Source: Promethearchaeota archaeon (GTDB taxonomy: Archaea; Asgardarchaeota; Lokiarchaeia; Sigyniarchaeales; SOKP01). Taken from it: DNA of 64,000 bases. The position numbers and the translations under genes are program-made. The notes under the pieces were generated by a model, which saw only the letters and a list, made by a program, of their open reading frames with translations, ran no database searches and had not been told where the DNA came from. Of the stretch, positions 41,106 through 50,020 are shown piece by piece; the stretch's first letter is position 1; every line of letters begins with the position of its first letter. The stretch covers positions 1 to 64,000 of the forward strand of contig JAFGOA010000080.1 of assembly GCA_016926735.1 (NCBI GenBank). The letters are read 5' to 3'.

Positions 41106-42299
41106 ATGGCAAAAATGACAACTCAATTATTGAATAAATCTTTAGAAGAACTTCAGAATGATGGAATACCTGAAGATTTAATTAACAAAATAAGAAATAA
41201 AATTAAAAATGAAGATCTGGAAGAAGAGCAACTTGAATATCTTCTGAATAAAGTCTATATTAATTTTAATAATGCTATAGTAGAAACTTCTGAACCTGTT
41301 GGAACCGTTGCAGCTCAATCCATTGGAGAGCCTGGAACTCAGATGACTCTTAGAACATTTCATTATGCAGGAGTGGAAGAATTCTCGGTAACCCAGGGAT
41401 TACCTCGCCTCATTGAGATAGTGGATGCACGTCGTTTCCCTAGTACCCCACAGATGACAATATATTTAGATTCCGCGCATCGGAATGATGAAAAAGAAGC
41501 TATAAAAGTTCATAATAGGATTGAACAAATAAGAATTGAACAAATAAGTTCAGAAGTCGATTTAGATTTTGTAAATTGGAATATAATAATTAATTTAATA
41601 CCAAAAATATGTGAAAAGAAAGGAATTGATGTTGATTCAATACCTGAAATTTTAAAAAGATATAAGAAAAAAGGGTCAATTAAAAGGGAAGGAAATAAAA
41701 TTATTGTTGATCCTGGTATTGAAGACTTACAACAACTTCAAAAATTACGTGAAAAAATACTGAAAAAGGTTGTGAAAGGTATAAGAGGTGTAAAAAGAGG
41801 TTTACTTACACCTGGAGATGACGGGAAAGAATGGGTAATAAAAACTGAAGGTACAAATATGGTTGGAGTTGTTCAAATAGAAGGTGTAGATATTTCAAGA
41901 ACAGTTTCAAATCATATCCATGAAGTTGAGAAATTATTTGGAATTGAAGCTGCGAGAAGTTTAATAATCGAAGAAGCTAAAAAAGTACTTGAACAACAAG
42001 GTCTTGATGTTGATTTAAGACATTTGTTAATACTTTCTGATTTGATGTGTACAACAGGATCCATTCAATCTATAGGAAGACATGGAATATCAGGAGCAAA
42101 ATCAAGTGTTTTTGCTAGAGCTGCTTTTGAAGTTACAGTAAATCAATTGCTTGATGCAGGACTTTATGGTGAAGAAGAACGCTTACTAGGAATTCCAGAA
42201 AACGTTATCGTAGGACAAGTATGTCCCATAGGAACTGGACGTGTTTCTGTTCAATTTGATCTTGATAAAAACTTAGAAATTCTAAAAGCTAAGAAATAA
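41106..42299 (+). CDS. rpoA2: RNA polymerase subunit A'' (Rpo1C)
   Basis: [49 protein letters not shown]. Confidence 0.98.
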   Translation: MAKMTTQLLNKSLEELQNDGIPEDLINKIRNKIKNEDLEEEQLEYLLNKVYINFNNAIVETSEPVGTVAAQSIGEPGTQMTLRTFHYAGVEEFSVTQGLPRLIEIVDARRFPSTPQMTIYLDSAHRNDEKEAIKVHNRIEQIRIEQISSEVDLDFVNWNIIINLIPKICEKKGIDVDSIPEILKRYKKKGSIKREGNKIIVDPGIEDLQQLQKLREKILKKVVKGIRGVKRGLLTPGDDGKEWVIKTEGTNMVGVVQIEGVDISRTVSNHIHEVEKLFGIEAARSLIIEEAKKVLEQQGLDVDLRHLLILSDLMCTTGSIQSIGRHGISGAKSSVFARAAFEVTVNQLLDAGLYGEEERLLGIPENVIVGQVCPIGTGRVSVQFDLDKNLEILKAKK

Positions 42300-42377
42300 C
42301 CCAAAAAAATTAAAATAACAAAACATTTTTTTTATTTACTTATTAAATTGTATTAATTATCTACTAAGTGAAGAATC

Positions 42378-42749
42378 ATGGCAAAGAAAAATAATAAACC
42401 GATGGAAATAGACTTATCTAGGAAAAAAGAAAAAGGTTTCGATATAGACGTTAATATAAAGGTTGCATTGAAAACCGGTAAAGTTGTATATGGAAAAAAC
42501 CAAGTATTAAAACAATTAAGAGAAAATCCATATAAAATGTTAATTGTCGCAAATAATTGTTCTGAAGATATTATGAATGAGTTAAATCATTATAACAAAA
42601 TATCAAAAACTAATATTCATATTCATAAATATAAAGGTTCAAGCTGGGATCTCGGGCTTGCTTGTGCTAAACCTTATATGATAAGTGTAATTGGAATACA
42701 TAATTTTGGAGATAGCGATCTAAAATCCTTAATTAATAGAAATAATTAA
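42378..42749 (+). CDS. rpl30e: 50S ribosomal protein L30e
   Basis: ALKTGKVVYG, IVANNC, YKGSSWDLGLACAKPY, GDSDL; operon position. Confidence 0.95.
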   Translation: MAKKNNKPMEIDLSRKKEKGFDIDVNIKVALKTGKVVYGKNQVLKQLRENPYKMLIVANNCSEDIMNELNHYNKISKTNIHIHKYKGSSWDLGLACAKPYMISVIGIHNFGDSDLKSLINRNN

Positions 42750-42779
42750 AAATAAAACAATATACTAAACGTTGTAGTT

Positions 42780-43259
42780 ATGATCAAGAAAAACATAAAG
42801 ATTGATAGACAATGCATGGAATTAATTAGTCTTTTCAATAATATTTCTGGTGCTATAATAAAAGATTGCATTATATATGATACCCCTGAAAGTTATGGAG
42901 AAATTATTATTTTCCTTGTTAAAAAAGATGATGTAGGTAAGGCTATTGGTAAAGATGGAGAACATGTAAAAGACTTAACTACAAAACTTCAAAAAAAAAT
43001 TGATGTTATTCCTTTTTCTGAAAAGCTTGAAGTATTTATAAAATATATACTAAATACTACAAAAAATTCAATAAAAGTAAATGGTATTGAAGTAAAAGAA
43101 GGTAAAAATTTTAAAAAAACTGTCATCATATCAGTTCGCCCTCAAGATCGAGGAAAAGCTATCGGAAAAGAAGGCTCAATGATAAGAAAAGTTAAAAAAT
43201 TAGTAACACGACATTTTGAAATAGATAATGTAATAATTGATACCCGTCCTTTACATTAA
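42780..43259 (+). CDS. nusA: Archaeal NusA (KH domains)
   Basis: Two GKAIGKxG KH motifs; position between L30e and S12. Confidence 0.93.
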   Translation: MIKKNIKIDRQCMELISLFNNISGAIIKDCIIYDTPESYGEIIIFLVKKDDVGKAIGKDGEHVKDLTTKLQKKIDVIPFSEKLEVFIKYILNTTKNSIKVNGIEVKEGKNFKKTVIISVRPQDRGKAIGKEGSMIRKVKKLVTRHFEIDNVIIDTRPLH

Positions 43260-43472
43260 TTTTTTTTACTCCTCTGAATAATAGGAACTATTTTTATATT
43301 TAAAATTTTCATTCCAATAAAGCATAAAATTCATTTATAGATATTAATTATGAAATTTAATCTGTAATTTTCATTATTACCTACATATTTTTATCTTTTT
43401 CAATAATTTTAAGTTAAAAGAAATATTTACAGAAATATAAAAAAAATTTTATATTTTAAGGTTTAATTTAAT

Positions 43473-43901
43473 ATGCCAAAAGGATTATATGCTGCACGAA
43501 AACTTAAAGCAAATAGAAAAAAGTTCCGTTGGTCAAAGACAAAATACAAAAGAAAAAAACTGAAACTAAAACAAAAAGTTGATCCTTTAGAAGGAGCACC
43601 TGCAGCTTCTGGAATCGTTTTAAAGAAGGTTGGAAGAGAAAGTAAACAACCTAACTCTGCAATTAGAAAATGTGTCCGAGTACAATTAAAGAAGAATGGT
43701 AAATCTATAACTGCTTCATTACCTGGAGATGGTGCTTTGAATTTTATCGAAGAACATGACAGAGTTATCGTTGAAGGAATCGGAGGTGCTAAAGGTAGAG
43801 CTGTTGGAGATTTACCTGGAGTACGATGGAAAGTGACTAAAGTTAATGGAGTCAGTCTTGATGCTTTAATAAAAGGTATTAAAGAAAAACCAATGAGATA
43901 A
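43473..43901 (+). CDS. rps12: 30S ribosomal protein S12 (uS12)
   Basis: [25 protein letters not shown]. Confidence 0.98.
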   Translation: MPKGLYAARKLKANRKKFRWSKTKYKRKKLKLKQKVDPLEGAPAASGIVLKKVGRESKQPNSAIRKCVRVQLKKNGKSITASLPGDGALNFIEEHDRVIVEGIGGAKGRAVGDLPGVRWKVTKVNGVSLDALIKGIKEKPMR

Positions 43902-44112
43902 ATTTCTTTATTACAATTTCTAATTTTAAACCTATGTCATTATTATTTATATCTATAGAAGATTAAAATAATCCCTAATTTATTTCTAATAAAATTGATA
44001 TTCATCAAATGTGTTATTTTGGATATCCTATCTATTTTTTATAATAATTTAAATATTATGTTTAAGTTATATTTCATAATTAAAAGGCAATGTTTGGGAA
44101 ATAAATGATTTA

Positions 44113-45981
44113 ATGCCAATAAATTGGAATATAGAAGTAATTTCTGCTCTAATAGGTTTTTTTTTCTTTTTGGGATTTAGCTTGTTATTTCTATATCTAT
44201 CAATAAAAAATAAAAATAAGATTTATTTTTCATTGTTTTTTGTCTTTCTCATTTTTACATTCTTTCATATCCTTGAAGCAATGGCTTACCTTTTTCTCAA
44301 TTTTGAAATTAAACGTTTAAGTGCCATTATGTATTCATTAGGATTGTTTACATTAATACTAATCGTAGATTTCGTTTCTAAAGATAAAATAACTTTATGG
44401 AAAAGTATTTTATCAAGTTTTATAATAGGTTGCACTGTTGTATTAGCATTTATTCCAGAAAATATTGTTCTTTATAATCATGAAATCTTTGGATATCCAA
44501 CTTTAGCTTTTTCTGGGGTTTTAAATTATATTAATATTTTTGCATTATTCCTAGTTATATTTCAATTACTTCTATGGTTTTTTAAAGTATGGAAAAATTC
44601 TCCTTCTGAAATAAAAAACCAAGCATTTTTTCTTTTTATTATAGTCATAACCTTCTTTATTTCTATATTTATTATATATTTAACAGGTTTGTGGTTAATA
44701 TTCCCCCTAGGGTATCTTATTGCAGCAGGGTTAATCTCGATAATAATTGTATTTGTACTAAGATATCCAAAACTCTTACATATTTTATCATTTTCTACAT
44801 ATAGGATCATAGTAATTTCAAATATTTCTGGAAACCTATTATTTAATTTATCATGGAATCTTAAAAGTGAAAATCCTGATGAAGAACAAATAATACTTGC
44901 CAAATGGATACCAATTATCCAACACTTAGATATTAAATTCGATAATTCTATAAAAGTATCCGAAATAATACTTAAAAATAATATATTACATTTTAAACGT
45001 GGAGAATATATAACCGCCATTTTTCTCTCTAAAACATCTACTTTTGCCCTTAAAGATGTTTTAAATAACTTTGTTGAAGGTTTTGAGAAAAAATATAACT
45101 TATTGCTCAAAACAGGTATGGATAATAGCTCTTATTATTGTGATGCTATTGAATTAATCGATAAATTTTTTCCTTTAGGTATTATATCACCAATAAATTC
45201 TGATGATTCTTTAAGTAATTATTTGGAAGTTCTAATAAAACAGCGTACTGATAAATTAAAGAAATTAAGTCAAGAATATAAAGAAGCTAATAGATTAAAA
45301 TCACTCTTTATTGCTTCGATGAGTCATGAACTACGTACACCGCTCAATTCTATTATAGGGTTTTCGGAATTAATTCTCTCAGATCCTTTTAATCATTTGG
45401 ATGACACATTAAAGGATTATATCCAATGTATATCTGAAGAAGGGATCTATTTATTGGATCTAATAAATAGAATACTTGATATTTCTAAAATTGAAGCTGG
45501 AAAACTTGAAATATATCCTACTGAATTTGAATTAAAGGATCTAATAGAATCTATAACACAAATGTTATCAGTGAAAATCAAAGAGAAAAATTTAAAATTA
45601 ATCTATAAAATACCAGATTCTATAATTCTTTTTTCTGACATAAATAGAGTAAGACAAATTTTGATAAATTTGATTCAAAATGCAATAAAATTCTCAGATA
45701 AACCAGCTAATATAAAAATTGAAGTGGAATTAAAAGAAAAATTTGTAGAAATTCATATAATTGACTATGGAATAGGGATTTCAAAAAATAATCTTAATAA
45801 ATTATTTCAACCTTTTCAACAAATTGATATGTCTGACTCAAGAAAATATAGTGGTACTGGATTAGGTTTATATCTCTCTAAAAAGATTGTTAAGCTTCTT
45901 GGTGGAAAAATTTACGCTAAAAGTGAATTTGGTAAAGGAAGTGATTTTTATTTTACTATTTTAAAAGAACTTAAGTTTTAA
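44113..45981 (+). CDS. Membrane sensor histidine kinase: 7TM, longin-like domain, HisKA, HATPase
   Basis: Seven hydrophobic segments; MSHELRTPLNSIIGF H-box; NLIQNAIKF, DYGIGI, GTGLGL. Confidence 0.9.
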   Translation: MPINWNIEVISALIGFFFFLGFSLLFLYLSIKNKNKIYFSLFFVFLIFTFFHILEAMAYLFLNFEIKRLSAIMYSLGLFTLILIVDFVSKDKITLWKSILSSFIIGCTVVLAFIPENIVLYNHEIFGYPTLAFSGVLNYINIFALFLVIFQLLLWFFKVWKNSPSEIKNQAFFLFIIVITFFISIFIIYLTGLWLIFPLGYLIAAGLISIIIVFVLRYPKLLHILSFSTYRIIVISNISGNLLFNLSWNLKSENPDEEQIILAKWIPIIQHLDIKFDNSIKVSEIILKNNILHFKRGEYITAIFLSKTSTFALKDVLNNFVEGFEKKYNLLLKTGMDNSSYYCDAIELIDKFFPLGIISPINSDDSLSNYLEVLIKQRTDKLKKLSQEYKEANRLKSLFIASMSHELRTPLNSIIGFSELILSDPFNHLDDTLKDYIQCISEEGIYLLDLINRILDISKIEAGKLEIYPTEFELKDLIESITQMLSVKIKEKNLKLIYKIPDSIILFSDINRVRQILINLIQNAIKFSDKPANIKIEVELKEKFVEIHIIDYGIGISKNNLNKLFQPFQQIDMSDSRKYSGTGLGLYLSKKIVKLLGGKIYAKSEFGKGSDFYFTILKELKF

Positions 45982-45990
45982 TTATAACTT

Positions 45991-46353
45991 TTATAGATAT
46001 TGTCTCAGTTTTTCCTTAAAATCTAAAACTCTTATTGGTTTTGTGATATATTCATTAAAACCAGCATTTAATATTCGTACTTCATCACCTTTCATAGCAT
46101 AAGCAGTAACCGCAAGTATTGGGATAGATTTAAACCTTTCAATTTTTCTTAATTCTTGACAGATTTCTATCCCTGTCATCTTTGGTAACCTAATGTCAAG
46201 AATAATTAGATCAGGACTACCAGATTTTATAAGTTCTAATCCTAAATCGCCCTCCACTTCTTCAAAAACTTCTATTTCAGGAAATTGTTTCAGAATCGCC
46301 TTATATAATTTCATATTTTTTGGATCATCTTCAACAATATATACCTTTTTCAT
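45991..46353 (-). CDS. Single-domain response regulator, DivK-like
   Basis: IVEDD, LIILDIRLP, AVTAYAMKGD, YITKPI. Confidence 0.93.
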   Translation of the reverse strand: MKKVYIVEDDPKNMKLYKAILKQFPEIEVFEEVEGDLGLELIKSGSPDLIILDIRLPKMTGIEICQELRKIERFKSIPILAVTAYAMKGDEVRILNAGFNEYITKPIRVLDFKEKLRQYL

Positions 46354-46590
46354 TTTTATAAACTCTGCAAATAGGAATTTATGGTATTTTTTAAGTATTA
46401 AACAAAAAGTAAGAAAAATTCTAATTATATAACTTTAAGTTTTATTGATAATTGCATTATCAGATTTTTGTTATAAATAATAGAATAATATAAGAGTATA
46501 GAATATTAAATTCAACTTTTATGATATATCTACATATTATTTTTATTTATTTCTACACAAATTTAAAAATTCTGAATTAATGTTATAATA

Positions 46591-48015
46591 ATGTCAAATT
46601 CATCAAAGACAATAATCAAGTATTTCTGTGATAGATTTTTAAACTTAGAATACTATCCTGAAAACATTAAAACCATTTTAGATCTTCCTTTAGACAAATT
46701 AAAAGATACAAAGAAAGAAGAAATTTCAATATTAAACAATATTAATATTAATACTATTCGAGATTTTGCTTCTATTGATATGTCAATTTATGATACATTG
46801 TTAGAGTCATCAACCCTTACTGAAAATACTTTAAAAAAGCTTTATATTGCATCAAAACTAATTGCAAATGCTTGGGGAAAAAGAACTACCTACCTTAAAA
46901 AACCTCAAATGAAAGTAATTGTTGCCGGTTTAGATTATGCTGGAAAAACTTCTTTAATCAATAGATTAATGAATGATTATAATTATAATGATGTAATTAA
47001 TTTAGAACCAACTGTTGGAGTTAATGTAGAAGAATTCAAATCAGAAAGATTAAATCTGATTCTATGGGATTTGGGAGGACAAAAAAATCATATTGATGAA
47101 TATCTTGAAGAACCTGAAAGATTTTTTATTCAAATGGATGTATTAATTTTCGTTATAGATTCCCAAGATGATGTAAGATATGATATAGCAATAAAATATC
47201 TTAATGATTTAATAGAAATTTTAGGATATTTAGATGAATTTCCTTTTATTCTTGTACTGCTAAACAAAGCCGATACTGATATAATAAATGATCCTGATTA
47301 TCAAATCAAATTGGAATATATTACTGAAAAAGTAACTGATTTATTCATAGAACATGAAAAATCATGGATTGTGGAAATTATTCCTACAAGTATATATAAT
47401 TTTTATTCTAATACCCCTGAAATTGCAAAAAATATTAAAAATATATTTTCAAAAGATATCAGTCAACAAAAAGACGATAAACTACCAGAAATTGAAAAAA
47501 AGGTGCAAAAAATACTAGATATAAATCTCCAATTTATGGATAAAATCTCAGCTGATCTTGCGGAAATAAAAAAGATTATGTTTAGAACACTACCAACGGC
47601 TATTTCGGGTTCATTATTTGAAGTTCCATTTCAAAAAGTTTCTTTTGAAGAGCAGCCTGAAAAAAAAAAGAAAAAGAAAAAACTAAAGCCATCCAAAAAA
47701 ACTTCTATCCCTCAAGTAATCCCTTCAATTAAATTACCCCAAAAAACTCAAACTACACTACTTGATCAAATAAAAAATGTCCAATTAAAACCTCCAGCTA
47801 TATCTTCTGATCCAAATAATCCCCCAATGGCCCCACCAAAAACTCAGAGAATTGAAGGATTGAATCCTCCACCAAAATCTACAGAAAAACTCACATCTAA
47901 ATTAGAAAGTTCTCAAGAATCAAATCAAGAACCCCCTATTAATCGTGCCCAAACAAGGCAACAAATAATATCAGAATTGAAAGATTTGTTTGTTAAAAGA
48001 GGTATTGTTGGATAA
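46591..48015 (+). CDS. Arf-like GTPase with N-terminal HhH-like domain and polybasic/WH2-like/Pro-rich C-terminal tail
   Basis: GLDYAGKTS, EPTVGVNVE, LWDLGGQ, FVIDSQD..R, LNKAD. Confidence 0.88.
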   Translation: MSNSSKTIIKYFCDRFLNLEYYPENIKTILDLPLDKLKDTKKEEISILNNININTIRDFASIDMSIYDTLLESSTLTENTLKKLYIASKLIANAWGKRTTYLKKPQMKVIVAGLDYAGKTSLINRLMNDYNYNDVINLEPTVGVNVEEFKSERLNLILWDLGGQKNHIDEYLEEPERFFIQMDVLIFVIDSQDDVRYDIAIKYLNDLIEILGYLDEFPFILVLLNKADTDIINDPDYQIKLEYITEKVTDLFIEHEKSWIVEIIPTSIYNFYSNTPEIAKNIKNIFSKDISQQKDDKLPEIEKKVQKILDINLQFMDKISADLAEIKKIMFRTLPTAISGSLFEVPFQKVSFEEQPEKKKKKKKLKPSKKTSIPQVIPSIKLPQKTQTTLLDQIKNVQLKPPAISSDPNNPPMAPPKTQRIEGLNPPPKSTEKLTSKLESSQESNQEPPINRAQTRQQIISELKDLFVKRGIVG

Positions 48016-48295
48016 TAAAAAGACTTATATTGCCTAAAAAATCTATGAATGTACTCCATATATCATAATAGAATAATTTAATTGAAAGTTCTATAAAGAT
48101 TTTTTTTTTCTAACTTAATAGATTTAAACTAATCAAAATCAATATATGTTTATTTTCTACTTTATAGAGGAAGATATATTAACTAAATCTAATATAAATT
48201 AATTGTTAATCTTAAAATTATAATTACTAACCAAAAGAATTATTCTTAAGATATAAAAATAATAAAAATACCAAAAAACATAATAAAATCAAAAA

Positions 48296-48937
48296 ATGCA
48301 TTCATTCAATGAATTAAATGATCTTCTTGATAATTTACCTTTTATCGTTATAATTGGAAAATATGATCATATACTTGGTCCTAGAGCTATTTTCTCTCCA
48401 ATTAAGATCGTTGATGATCAATTTATACGAAATCTACTTCGCGATGCTTTAAATACAAAAAATAAATTTGTAATTCTTAATTATGATGATTTCTATTCTC
48501 AAGTATGTAAGGTAGATGTTAAGGATGAAACTGCAAGAGGGAAAAAACAACTATATGCTATTATCTTACTAAGGCATGTCGATTATCCATTGATCCCAAC
48601 GGTCTATTTTCAAAGGATCGAAATGATATTTAGAAAACTAGGGGAAAAAAAAATACTCATTGATGATGAATCCATTTTTAATAAATTTGCTGAGGAAATT
48701 CAAAATATTTATCTTGAGAAAAATGAAATAATTCCGCTAGAATCTGCAAATCTTGAAATCAGAAGTGAGATTAATACAATAAGGGGTTTTTGTGAATTAA
48801 TTCTTGAAGAAAAAGACAAATCAGGTAAATTATCTGATGATTTAGTAATAAGATATGTCGAAATTATATTAGATTCATGTGATGATATAATTGAAACAAT
48901 AGAAAAGAATATGCATAATCAATTACAGGGAAATTAA
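48296..48937 (+). CDS. uDENN/folliculin-like longin domain fused to degenerate HisKA
   Basis: KYDHILGP and VKDETARG..QLYAII; C-terminal LEIRSEINTIRGFCELIL mirrors HELRTPLNAIIGFSELIL. Confidence 0.6.
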   Translation: MHSFNELNDLLDNLPFIVIIGKYDHILGPRAIFSPIKIVDDQFIRNLLRDALNTKNKFVILNYDDFYSQVCKVDVKDETARGKKQLYAIILLRHVDYPLIPTVYFQRIEMIFRKLGEKKILIDDESIFNKFAEEIQNIYLEKNEIIPLESANLEIRSEINTIRGFCELILEEKDKSGKLSDDLVIRYVEIILDSCDDIIETIEKNMHNQLQGN

Positions 48938-48959
48938 TTTAAATAAGTCAAATGTAAAA

Positions 48960-49853
48960 ATGACCAATAAAAAAAAAATCATATTAGTAGGTCCTCCTGC
49001 CGCGGGGAAGACTACAATAACAAAAGTATTTTTCCAAAAATCTAACCCTAAAATTTTATTGGAAAAACCTTTAGAACCAACGAGAGGTGTACATACATCA
49101 CTTTTTTCATTATTTAACTCAGAATTAGGAATCTTTGACTTGGCTGGACAAGAAAATCAAAACTGGTTTTCAAAAGATAATGATATTTTTGAACATTCTA
49201 ATATAATAACTTGTATTTTTGATATAAATAGTTCGTTAGAAAACATAACTTCATTTTTAAATAACATAATTGATATAAAAGCAAAATTTGATTCCCTCTC
49301 AGAGTGCAAAATATTTAGTTTTCTCCATAAGATTGACACTGTAGACAATTCATACTTAAATGAGAAAATTAATGCAATTAAAAATTATTACAAAAGAAAA
49401 TTTCCTTCTAATGGATTTTATATGGAAATATTTGGCACTTCTATTGCTAAAGAAAATTATTATCCTACATTTCATATTCTTTCAAACATATTAATTTCTA
49501 TTTATCCAGAGGATAATGCATCAATAAATTTGTCTGAATATGAAAATATAAAACAAGATCTAAAAATTATTGCAAATTGTAAATTATCTGTTAAATATAA
49601 GGTTCTTAATCTCTCGAATAAATTTAATCTTAGTTTTGATGTTCTTAAATTCCATTTAGAGAGATTAGATAAGCTAGGAATGATTGAATATTTATCATAT
49701 AAGAATTTTATTCGATTAACTTATAGAAGTGAATTATTAAAAAAAGATCTAAAAAAAGAAATCGATGATATGGATAAAATCAGGGAAGATAATGATATTA
49801 AACTTTTCAATATTTTTCTAAATCTTAATAAAATCCCTTTATCAGATTTTTAA
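48960..49853 (+). CDS. Rag/Gtr-like GTPase with C-terminal winged helix
   Basis: GPPAAGKTT..VFF, LEPTRG, FDLAGQE, FLHKID, GTSI; wHTH pattern LSNKFNLSFDVLKFHLERLDKLGMIE...IRLT. Confidence 0.82.
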   Translation: MTNKKKIILVGPPAAGKTTITKVFFQKSNPKILLEKPLEPTRGVHTSLFSLFNSELGIFDLAGQENQNWFSKDNDIFEHSNIITCIFDINSSLENITSFLNNIIDIKAKFDSLSECKIFSFLHKIDTVDNSYLNEKINAIKNYYKRKFPSNGFYMEIFGTSIAKENYYPTFHILSNILISIYPEDNASINLSEYENIKQDLKIIANCKLSVKYKVLNLSNKFNLSFDVLKFHLERLDKLGMIEYLSYKNFIRLTYRSELLKKDLKKEIDDMDKIREDNDIKLFNIFLNLNKIPLSDF

Positions 49854-50020
49854 CTTTTAATAACTCAAAAAAAATAATTAGAATTCAAAATCCATACTAA
49901 GGTTAAGTAAATTTAAATTTGACACCTTTTATAATTATGACAAAAGCATATAATAATAAATATATTGCTTTTAAACCCCAAAGATAAAAAAAAAAATTCT
50001 AAATAGAAGATAAAATTCTT

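Noticed and set aside
38110-42299. Inteins in RNA polymerase subunits
   Set aside because: Known insertion motifs are contiguous; the extra length of RpoA1 is a C-terminal tail with no splicing motifs
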